Part shown: positions 26,727-34,224 of the stretch, in pieces
Position numbering within the stretch: the first letter of the stretch is position 1
Layout of the letters: each line of letters begins with the position of its first letter
Assembly (NCBI GenBank): GCA_964528755.1
Contig: CAZGWN010000036.1
Coordinates: forward strand, 1 to 34,224
Direction: 5' to 3'
DNA: 34,224 nucleotides
Source of the DNA: an uncultured Propionibacteriaceae bacterium
GTDB lineage: Bacteria > Actinomycetota > Actinomycetes > Propionibacteriales > Propionibacteriaceae
Translations under genes and position numbers: made by a program
Notes under the pieces: generated by a model
Told to the model about the DNA's origin: nothing
What the model saw: the letters and a program-made list of their open reading frames with translations, nothing else
The model's database searches: none

Positions 26727-28105
26727 GGGTCTGTCCGGTAAACGGTGTGTGGGGTCCGGCGGTTTTCAGTGAGTGGCTCTCTCGAACCGTCCGGCGAAGG
26801 TGATCGCGAACGCGTTCAGCGCGGGCTTCCACCTCATCACCCAGCGTGCCCTGCCCCCGCCGGTGGGGTCAAGCGACCTCGTCACGAGATAGAGGCACTT
26901 GAGCGCGGCTGCCTCGTTCGGGAAGTGGCCGCGCGCCCTGACTGCCCTGCGGTATCTCGCGTTGATCGACTCGATCGCGTTGGTCGTGCAGATCACTCGC
27001 CGGATCTCGACGTCGTACTCCAGGAACGGCACGAACTCTGCCCAGGAGCTGCGCCAGAGCTGGATGATCGCCGGATACCGCTCACCCCACTCGGTAGCGA
27101 ACTCCTCGAACCGGTCCTTCGCCGCTTGCTCGGACGGAGCCGTATAGACCGGCTTGAGGGACTTTACGATCGCGCCCCGGTGCTGCCGTCCGGCGTAACG
27201 GAAGCTGTTGCGGATCAGGTGGACGATGCACTGCTGCACGACCGTCTGCTCCCAGGTGGTGTTGATCGCCTCCGGCAGCCCCTTGAGGCCGTCGCACACC
27301 GCGATCAGCACGTCCTCGACTCCGCGGTTCTTCAGCTCGCTGAACACCGGCAGCCACAACCTCGCCCCTTCCGCGCCGTCACCGGCCCAGATACCCAGGA
27401 TGTCGCGTTCCCCGTTCGTAGTGACGCCCATGACGACGTAGAACGGGGTGTTGCGGACCTGCCCGTCACGGACCTTCACCACGATCGCGTCGACGAAGAT
27501 CACCGGGTAGATCGCATCCAGCGGCCTGCTCGACCATTCGGCGAGTTCCCCGGTGACCTTCTCGGTGATCGGGCTGATCGTGTCCTTGGAGACCTTCGCC
27601 CCATAGACCTCGTCAAAATGCGCGGCGATCTCTCCGGTCGTGAGCCCTCTCGCGGTCAGCGACAGCACGATCTGATCGATCCCGTCCAGCCGCCGTTTGC
27701 GCTTCGGGACGATCACCGGCTCGAAGGACCCGTCACGATCCCGGGGAACCTCGATCTCGACGGGCCCGATCTCGGTGAGCACGGTCTTCGTCCGGCTCCC
27801 ATTGCGCATGTTCACCCCCAGCGGGGTCTCGCCGTGCTCGTGGCCGAGATGCTCGGTCAGCTCAGCGTTCAGCGCGGTCTCAAGCACGTTCTTCGAGAGC
27901 TGGTTCAACAGGCCACCAGGCCCGACCAGGCTCACACCCTGCTCCTTCGCCTGCGCAAGCAAGCGCTCGGCAAGGTCCTTCTGATCGATGATCCCTCCCG
28001 TCACGGGGTCAATCATCTCGTCGTCCAGCCGTTCGGTCGTGTCAGCCACGGCCGTCTCCTTTCGGATCAGGCCGGACCCTCACACACCGTTCTTCTGACA
28101 GTCCC
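26727..28105 (-). mobile_element. IS256-family insertion sequence, apparently intact (~1.38 kb) with imperfect ~30-bp terminal IRs
   Basis: Left end GGGTCTGTCCGGTAAACGGTGTGTGGGGTCC. The right-end reverse complement GGGACTGTCAGAAGAACGGTGTGTGAGGGTCC shares the core AACGGTGTGTG. Encloses a complete 427 aa transposase. No clean direct repeat at the flanks. Confidence 0.8.
26766..28049 (-). CDS. IS256-family (mutator-type) transposase
   Basis: 427 aa with DDE-type mutator-family motifs ('IYPVIFVDAIVVKVR', 'VLIAVCDGLKGLPEAI', 'VVQQCIVHLIRNS', 'RRVICTTNAIESINARYRR'). Confidence 0.9.
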   Translation of the reverse strand: MADTTERLDDEMIDPVTGGIIDQKDLAERLLAQAKEQGVSLVGPGGLLNQLSKNVLETALNAELTEHLGHEHGETPLGVNMRNGSRTKTVLTEIGPVEIEVPRDRDGSFEPVIVPKRKRRLDGIDQIVLSLTARGLTTGEIAAHFDEVYGAKVSKDTISPITEKVTGELAEWSSRPLDAIYPVIFVDAIVVKVRDGQVRNTPFYVVMGVTTNGERDILGIWAGDGAEGARLWLPVFSELKNRGVEDVLIAVCDGLKGLPEAINTTWEQTVVQQCIVHLIRNSFRYAGRQHRGAIVKSLKPVYTAPSEQAAKDRFEEFATEWGERYPAIIQLWRSSWAEFVPFLEYDVEIRRVICTTNAIESINARYRRAVRARGHFPNEAAALKCLYLVTRSLDPTGGGRARWVMRWKPALNAFAITFAGRFERATH

Positions 28106-29208
28106 AAAGTTGGTTGATGGTTCGCTTTCCTGAGGATTTCGTCGGCGGTCTTGGTCCAGATGAAGGCGTGTTTGCGGTCGTTCCAGCCGGTGATGAATTG
28201 CCGGATCTTGGCATTGAGGTCTTTCACGCTTGTGAACACGCCGCGGCGGATCGCTTGCTTGTCGATGATCCCGAACCAAACTTCGACGAGGTTCAGCCAC
28301 AACCCGGATGTCGGGGTGAAGTGCACGTGGAAGCGGGGATGCTTCTGGAGCCAGTCGTCGACCTCGGGGGTCTTGTGGGTGGCGTAGTTGTCCATCACCA
28401 GGTGCAGGTCCTGGTCCCGGTAGGCGCGATCCAGCTGGCGGAGGAAGGCAAGGAACTCCTGGCGGCGGTGCTTCGGCTTGACCGCGCCGGTGACGTGCCC
28501 GGTCGCGATCTCCAGCGCCGCGAACAGTGTCGTCGTGCCGTGCCGCTCGTAGTCGTGGGTGCGTTTCTCCGCATCGCCCGGCCGCATCGGCAGCATCGGC
28601 GCGGTGCGGTCCAGCGCCTGAATCTGGCTCTTCTCATCCACGCACACCACGACCGCGTTATCCGGCGGCGCCACATACAGGCCGACGACGTCGGTGACCT
28701 TACCGACCAACTCCGGGTCGGTGGGGAACTTGAACGTCTCGGCCCGCCAGGGCTGCACCCCGTACGTGCGCCACGCCCGCGCCACCGTCGCGTTCCCGAT
28801 TCTCAAGTGATCCGCCAACAGCCGCGACGACCAGTGCGTCACCCCGAACTTTCTCGGCGGCTGCTGCAGTGTCGCCGTGATGATGCGCTCGTCATCGACG
28901 TGCTTGGGACGCCCCGCACGCGGCGCGTCGACCAGGCCCGCCAGCCCCGCCTCGGCATACCGGTTCCGCCACGTCCACACCGACGTCGTCGTCGTTCCCA
29001 CCTCGGCCGCGATCCGCGCATTCGCGATCCCCTCCGATGCGAGCAGCACGATCCGGGCCCTCCTCGCCAGCCCCGCACCGATTGCCGTGGACCGCGTCCA
29101 CGACATCAACTCATCCCGATCACCATCCCAGAGCACCAACGCCGGAGCAGGAGAACTCGCCACAACCAAACTCTCCCAAACCACCAAACACTCACGAACT
29201 AACGGCAC
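28042..29208 (-). CDS. IS630-family transposase; the last ~21 codons are read-through into IS256 sequence
   Basis: N-terminal HTH ('LVLWDGDRDELMSWTRSTAI...ARRARIVLLASEGIANARIAAEVG') and a DDE domain ('VVCVDEKSQIQAL', 'LHLVMDNYATHKT', 'HFTPTSGLWLNLVEVWF'). The frame runs across the IS256 junction. Confidence 0.75.
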   Translation of the reverse strand: MPLVRECLVVWESLVVASSPAPALVLWDGDRDELMSWTRSTAIGAGLARRARIVLLASEGIANARIAAEVGTTTTSVWTWRNRYAEAGLAGLVDAPRAGRPKHVDDERIITATLQQPPRKFGVTHWSSRLLADHLRIGNATVARAWRTYGVQPWRAETFKFPTDPELVGKVTDVVGLYVAPPDNAVVVCVDEKSQIQALDRTAPMLPMRPGDAEKRTHDYERHGTTTLFAALEIATGHVTGAVKPKHRRQEFLAFLRQLDRAYRDQDLHLVMDNYATHKTPEVDDWLQKHPRFHVHFTPTSGLWLNLVEVWFGIIDKQAIRRGVFTSVKDLNAKIRQFITGWNDRKHAFIWTKTADEILRKANHQPTLGLSEERCVRVRPDPKGDGRG

Positions 29209-29240
29209 GAGACACTAGAAGGCCGAGATGCTCCGACCTG
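28106..29240 (-). mobile_element. IS630-family element whose 3' end is interrupted by the IS256 insertion
   Basis: Contains the IS630-type transposase ORF. The native C-terminus and right IR are displaced by IS256 at 28105/28106. The outer boundary near 29240 is approximate. Confidence 0.55.
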
Positions 29241-29279
29241 CTGACTGGACCCGGATCGTTTCCGGTTCCTGGGAGCTTG

Positions 29280-30392
29280 TCACAGCCCAACATGCTCCAT
29301 TGTCCGCGAGAATGCGGACTGGCAGGCTGTTGCATTAGCCCGTGAGGGCAGTTGGTGACGTTCGCCATACACATCCGCGACAATCCCGGCAACATCACCG
29401 TCCGCTGCCAGGTGGACGACCGGGGGTTCTGGACAGGCCGCAAGCGCATCCGCTGTCTTCGCGATCTTGGGAACCACGACAGGCGTTCCGACGCAGGTCC
29501 CAACAATCGCGGCGTGCATACTGGTCGTGAAGACCGCTCCCGCCGCAGCCAGCACATCGGTAATCTCCGCAGCCTTCAAGTTTGTCAGAACTGGCACCTG
29601 CTCCTGTTGGGCCACCGCCTTCAGGACCTGGTCTTCCCCGGCGTAGCGGCCGAGAGGCAGATTGACCACCGGAAGCGGCTTCAGGCTGCGAACAACCGCA
29701 CTAATCCGATCCGGCGACCACCCGTGGAACTCGGCGGCCTGCACCACGATCGGGGCTCTGTCCACGCCCCATCGCTGACGCAACAGCTGTCTCCCCCTCG
29801 CACGCAGCGGGTCGGGGTCCCGGAAGGCAGCCGTGGCAAAGACCGCATCCGGCGCTGCGACCGTCAGCTGCTCGTCCATCCCAACTTCTTGTAGGCGGTC
29901 TCGGCCGACCGCCGTCCGCACCCAGGCAGAGCTGATATGCGACACAGCCGCACGGACATCCTCCGAGGGCGCCAACTCGTGAACGCCAACACTGACGAAG
30001 GCCGTAGGGGCGTCGCCCCATCCAAGCCGAGGAAGCCATGGACCCGCTCCCGCAGGAAAGCTCCGCATCCGGAACAGTCGACCACGAACCCGAGACAGCC
30101 GCGAGCCGCGCCTGCCCGAGGGGATATTGAGGTGGTCCTTGGCGATCGTGCCAATGTCCGTGCGAATCAGATCGCCACCGCCGACGAGTACCGCATCCGG
30201 GTGCACGCGCGCCAACTCCCGCAGTGGTCGAATCCGTTGTCCACCCGGCGTTCTCCCCTCAAGAGGGGCAAAGTATTCGATGTGACCATCAAAACCGCAG
30301 TCGCGCAACAACCCGGAGACGACCTCCGGGTACAACTGGTCACCATAGTTGTCCACGGAAAAGTCACCCACATGCGCAATAACCCGAACCAT
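29280..30392 (-). CDS. Polysaccharide pyruvyl transferase (CsaB/WcaK/PssM-like, PF04230-type)
   Basis: N-terminal 'MVRVIAHVGDFSVDNYGDQLY' matches the pyruvyl transferase G-x-x-N-x-G-D motif. ~371 aa. ATG at 30392 with a GGAGAGGTG RBS. The longer ORF start at 30497 is an extension. Confidence 0.65.
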   Translation of the reverse strand: MVRVIAHVGDFSVDNYGDQLYPEVVSGLLRDCGFDGHIEYFAPLEGRTPGGQRIRPLRELARVHPDAVLVGGGDLIRTDIGTIAKDHLNIPSGRRGSRLSRVRGRLFRMRSFPAGAGPWLPRLGWGDAPTAFVSVGVHELAPSEDVRAAVSHISSAWVRTAVGRDRLQEVGMDEQLTVAAPDAVFATAAFRDPDPLRARGRQLLRQRWGVDRAPIVVQAAEFHGWSPDRISAVVRSLKPLPVVNLPLGRYAGEDQVLKAVAQQEQVPVLTNLKAAEITDVLAAAGAVFTTSMHAAIVGTCVGTPVVVPKIAKTADALAACPEPPVVHLAADGDVAGIVADVYGERHQLPSRANATACQSAFSRTMEHVGL

Positions 30393-30648
30393 GCCGCACC
30401 TCTCCAAGCCGCCGTGACGTCCAAGACCACCGACGGCACGCCTTACGAATGACCGATTGGGCCCCCTGCCGAATTGCATTGAGCACTTCTCCAGCACAAG
30501 ACCAGGCCAGCCCCCACCTGCAGCCGTGGCCCTGCAACATCAAGGGACGTGCGCTGCACAGGCAGGCACTTGCCCGGGATGATCCTACGGCCGGCACTCC
30601 GACGGGCGCGAACTCGGGAGCCGGCCTCAATCCTTCACCGGTTGGGCT

Positions 30649-30931
30649 GGGTCTGTCCGGTAAACGGTGTGTGGGGTCCGGCGGTTTTCAGTGAGTGGCT
30701 CTCTCGAACCGTCCGGCGAAGGTGATCGCGAACGCGTTCAGCGCGGGCTTCCACCTCATCACCCAGCGTGCCCTGCCCCCGCCGGTGGGGTCAAGCGACC
30801 TCGTCACGAGATAGAGGCACTTGAGCGCGGCTGCCTCGTTCGGGAAGTGGCCGCGCGCCCTGACTGCCCTGCGGTATCTCGCGTTGATCGACTCGATCGC
30901 GTTGGTCGTGCAGATCACTCGCCGGATCTCG
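30649..30931 (-). mobile_element. Truncated second copy of the IS256-family element (left IR plus 3' end of the transposase gene, 283 bp)
   Basis: 100% identical to 26727-27009 over 283 bp and diverges abruptly after CGCCGGATCTCG. Encodes the last ~80 aa of the transposase ('RRVICTTNAIESINARYRR...FERATH'). Confidence 0.85.
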
Positions 30932-32112
30932 CCGGCGAGCGCGACGAACTGGCACCAGATCCGGTTCTGGTCGAACCCGTGCAACGGCAGGTTCGTCAGG
31001 CCGGTGTCCTTCGCGTTGCGGATCGGCGTCCTCACACCTCGCCCGACGCCTGTGACGGACCTCCAAGTCGGTGAGCTGACCCCGGGTGGCGTTCGTGGCG
31101 AACGCGGTGAGGCGGTAGCCGTCCACGTCGTCGAACCGCAGCTGGGCGCCCGGATGCGGTCGTTCCCGGCGGACGATGACGCGCATCCCGGCCAGGTCGC
31201 CCAGACCGGTGAACTCGGCCACGTCGGCCCCGTCGCGGGGCCGACCATCGGTGTTGTAGGCCGACTCCAAGATGTTCTCCGGGATCAGTCGATAGAGCTC
31301 TGGGGTGTTCATGGGCAGGGTGAACCCGACCAAGTACGCCACCCGTCGGTTCGTCAGGGTGGCGATGGTGCCCTTGGTCGACCCGGCACCGTCAATCCCC
31401 ACCAGCACCTTCCGTCCAGGCCGTGCCCCCAGGCCGATCTGGCCGAGCGCGTCGGCGATCCCCGTGCGGTGATCCTCCGCCGTGTCGGATCCGGCCTTGC
31501 CGGGCCGCAACAGGATCGTCAACGGCTCCCCGGTCCCCTCGGGGCCGTGGTCGTTGAGGCGCGCACAACGGGTGAAACCCGAAGCCCTTCTTGAACGTCG
31601 CACGCGCCCATTCCTTCTCACTGTGGGCGCTGACCAGCGTCGCGTCCAAGTCGACCACCAACGGATCCGCCACCCTCGCCCGCCGGGCCGGCGACGCGTC
31701 CCCGGCACGTGCCCAGGCGGTCTGCCGGGGCGGTCTTGCGGGCCCGCCCGATCGCGGCGACCGCCCGCTTCGCATCCCTCGCGAGCAGCCTGATCAGCCG
31801 CGAGACGGTCGGGTCAGACGCGACCCGCCCGTAGAGGCCGGGCTCGTCCCGCAACTGGGCGAGGTCGGCAAGGCAGTCACCACCCAACGCCAACGTGAGC
31901 GCCAGGTCGCAGAGGATCTTGCCCGGATCGTGCACCGCCAACGGTTTGCGCCAGCCCGCCAGCTCTGTCGAGAGGGCCCGGTCCAGGCCGGTCGCCCGGA
32001 CGGCCTCGACGAGCAGCAGGCCGCCGGCCTGCCCGACCGCCGCGACGCCGGCCCGGTCACTATGGACGCGTGGGTAGGAGCCGGTATTCTTCACCTCGAA
32101 GGTGCTCCTCAC
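30932..32112 (-). pseudogene. IS1380-family transposase pseudogene (at least 3 frameshifts, 3' end removed at the IS256 fragment junction)
   Basis: IS1380-like segments lie in three minus-strand frames. The N-terminus (32112 downward) reads 'GGLLLVEAVRATGLDRALS...HDPGKILCDLALTLALGGDCLADL'. The middle reads 'LVVDLDATLVSAHSEKEWARATFKKGFGFHPL'. The next segment reads 'HGPEGTGEPLTILLRPGKAGSDTAEDH...RRERPHPGAQLRFDDVDGYRLTAFATN'. The last reads 'NAKDTGLTNLPLHGFDQNRIWCQFVALAGEI' and is fused directly to the IS256 fragment. Confidence 0.75.
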
Positions 32113-32515
32113 TACGGGCCAGAATGTGACCTAGACACTCCCATTCTCCCTAGCCAGGAGCACTTTCACATCCCCGGCCCCAGCAATCAAGACGACCCCG
32201 CATGAAAGGGGCAGGCCAAGTCGCGGATCGCTTCGTTCTCGAACAGCCCGATCGCGGACCAGTCAGGCGTTGTCATATGCATCGCCGATCAAGCCCTCCG
32301 CACCGACGCCGACCCTGACCCAGGAGCTTGGCTCGCTGTCGTCAACGAAGACGTGACCTGCGTCCTTCGACACCGATCGCGGATCATCGACTATAATGAT
32401 CAAGGCCATGCTGGAAGCGCTATGACAACGGGATGAGTTTGGCGCTTCGGCAAGGCGCAAGGCCCTAGACTCGGGATTCTGGGGTCTTGCATGACGGAAC
32501 CGAGAGGAGACAACG

Positions 32516-33406
32516 GTGGCGGCCAACTCACTTGACGCAGCGCGACAGGTCAAACACCGAGCGTGGACAGTTTGGCCGCACACGCGGTCGGTCTATCGCC
32601 GGACGATCGACCTAGGGTATAGGACGCAATCAGCAATTAGGCCATATCACTTCGACCTCGATCGACATCGCGACGCCTACGGCGATGTTCCCCGGATGTA
32701 TTTCCTACACCGGTCTGCGCCGGATCGCCCTCAGCGTTCCAAGACCGTTCGGCAGCGAATATTCTGCTTCTGGACAGGAGACAACGCACTGACCCCAGGC
32801 CGCAAGCGAGGCCTACAAGCGTTGCGATCCAGCCAGCCAGATACCGAAGTAGTCTTGGTGACAGCTCGGACGTTGAAAGACTGGATTCTTCCGGATCACC
32901 CGCTTCACGTCTGCTACGAAAGTCTGTCTCTGGTTCATCGATCTGATTATCTCCGAGCGTACTTCATGGCGTATTTCGGCGGCGGATACACAGACATCAA
33001 GCGCCCAACCGGCAATTGGCTTCAGAGGTTTGAAATGTTCCGAGATCCCACCGTCTGGCTCGCCGGCTATGCCGAGAAGTCATCAAGATCGTGTGGCGGA
33101 GACGATCATACCAAGCTCGGACAAGATATCCATCGGAACTACGGCAGATTAGTCAGCATCAGCGCCTTTATCATGCGATCGGGAACTCCATTCGCATGCG
33201 AATGGCTCCAAGAAGTCGAGCGCCGACTCGACTACTATCAGGAAGATCTGCTCCAGCACCCCGGAGGAACCTGGGGAGACGAGCCTGGCTACCCGCTTCG
33301 CTGGATAGAAATCGGATCAGACGTGTATCACCCGCTCCAGCTGAAATGCTTGGAGCACGTGAGGCGATCGCAAGCACTCCTTCCGGTGCTTGAGGGTCAT
33401 CGCTGA
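32516..33406 (+). CDS. GT32-like glycosyltransferase (OCH1/capsular-polysaccharide-synthesis type), lower-GC and probably horizontally acquired
   Basis: 'IFCFWTGDNALTP' and 'HRSDYLRAYFMAYFGGGYTDIKR' match the GT32 motifs (IWxG, and the a-x-x-D-x-x-R-Y-x-x-L-Y-x-Y-G-G-x-Y-x-D-x-D DXD region). GTG start at 32516 with a GAGAGGAGA RBS; ATG 32696 is an alternative. Codons are rich in A/T third positions, unlike the rest of the window. Confidence 0.55.
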   Translation: MAANSLDAARQVKHRAWTVWPHTRSVYRRTIDLGYRTQSAIRPYHFDLDRHRDAYGDVPRMYFLHRSAPDRPQRSKTVRQRIFCFWTGDNALTPGRKRGLQALRSSQPDTEVVLVTARTLKDWILPDHPLHVCYESLSLVHRSDYLRAYFMAYFGGGYTDIKRPTGNWLQRFEMFRDPTVWLAGYAEKSSRSCGGDDHTKLGQDIHRNYGRLVSISAFIMRSGTPFACEWLQEVERRLDYYQEDLLQHPGGTWGDEPGYPLRWIEIGSDVYHPLQLKCLEHVRRSQALLPVLEGHR

Positions 33407-33849
33407 GAAGCGGGCGCCAGAATTCCAGGGCAACCATGCAGTCCAACATTCGGGAAAGTCGCCCATGACATCTCTTGACGTCGACTAGAGCGGGCGGTAC
33501 GAACTGTTGACATGGGATGTCCCGTAGTTCCATTTCGAGAACAGGCCGTAGAATGAACGCATGGCGCCACAACGTCCGCCGGGCACCTCGTCGACCCTCA
33601 GGCCCAGATCGGTCTGCTAGTCTTCCCGCTCTGGCTCCTGCTGACGGGGCTCGAGTCCTTCGACCGATATCCCACTGATGTGCACCGGAAAAGCGCAAAG
33701 CGATCGATGCGGCCGTCGAAACCGCGCCATCTCGTCAGGTCATCTATCACCTCGGCGTAGAGCTGGCCCGTAGTTGCTCACCGAGAATTCACCCACGCAG
33801 AAATCACCATCATCGCCAACTCCCATCAACTGTCGAAGCTCTCGACCGC

Positions 33850-34194
33850 ATGGCCCAACCGGGAACGAAAATGACTACCCCACCCCCACGTCTTCCGCAA
33901 TCTGGCGATACTCGCCCCATGAGATGCATAGTCTCGACGGCCCGTAGGTTTAATGCCGTCACACCTCGGTTCGTCCCCCGACCTACCCATCCACCCGTCG
34001 TGGCGGTCTGCGTCTACCGGGCACACAACGAAGCCAATATTCTCAAGCTGATGAGGCAACTGCCGCGGCGAACCGAATACCACCTGCACGCCCTGGACGA
34101 ACCAACCGATCTCCTCGACCAATGGACGGAGTCGACGGGCCGAGGCGGTCGGATGCCGCTGCTCCAAACCGGCTCATCGCAATCGGGGGTGTAG
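33850..34194 (+). CDS. Hypothetical protein (weak call)
   Basis: 114 aa ORF in the lower-GC tail with no recognisable motifs. A competing minus-strand ORF (33826..34167) overlaps it. Confidence 0.2.
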   Translation: MAQPGTKMTTPPPRLPQSGDTRPMRCIVSTARRFNAVTPRFVPRPTHPPVVAVCVYRAHNEANILKLMRQLPRRTEYHLHALDEPTDLLDQWTESTGRGGRMPLLQTGSSQSGV

Positions 34195-34224
34195 GCGGGG
34201 TGTGAGCAGGTCCGGCGCGTCGGT

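Noticed and set aside
26745-28133. 462 aa plus-strand ORF inside IS256, and its 135 aa duplicate at 30667..31074
   Set aside because: Antisense to the IS256 transposase. The duplicated N-terminus simply reflects the repeated 283-bp IS fragment.
33171-33698. 175 aa minus-strand ORF overlapping the 3' end of the GT32-like gene
   Set aside because: It overlaps a better-supported gene and has no motifs. Likely spurious.

Overview
High-GC (~70%) actinobacterial chromosomal window, Propionibacteriales-like in flavour. Roughly the first 26 kb is a conserved housekeeping backbone, mostly on the minus strand. It carries ppa, a PBP4-type dacB, a GatB/YqeY protein, an Rpf-type secreted transglycosylase with LGFP repeats, tRNA-Thr(CGT), the topA / CYTH-CHAD / tmk / holB / membrane protein / PSP1-YaaT run, an hsp20 behind a HAIR-like inverted repeat, a GT87/DUF2029 membrane glycosyltransferase and a flotillin. 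Three items stand out in this part. The first is an sqdB-sqdX-like pair (a UDP-sulfoquinovose synthase homolog plus a GT4 transferase), which suggests sulfoquinovosyl glycolipid or glycan synthesis. The second is a MazE/MazF-like toxin-antitoxin module with an operator-like inverted repeat, sitting 22 bp upstream of an S4/Hsp15-like RNA-binding gene. The third is an rmlA with a divergent Tat-signal small Cys-rich protein and an ABC exporter. From about 26.7 kb to the end the window is an accessory, IS-scarred island. It holds an intact IS256-family element inserted into the 3' end of an IS630-family element, an orphan polysaccharide pyruvyl transferase, a second truncated IS256 copy (283 bp, 100% identical) abutting a multiply frameshifted IS1380-family transposase pseudogene, and a lower-GC tail (~55-58%) encoding a GT32-like glycosyltransferase with atypical codon usage. 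No CRISPR arrays or rRNA genes were seen. Many long ORFs in the six-frame track are antisense artefacts of high GC and were rejected.
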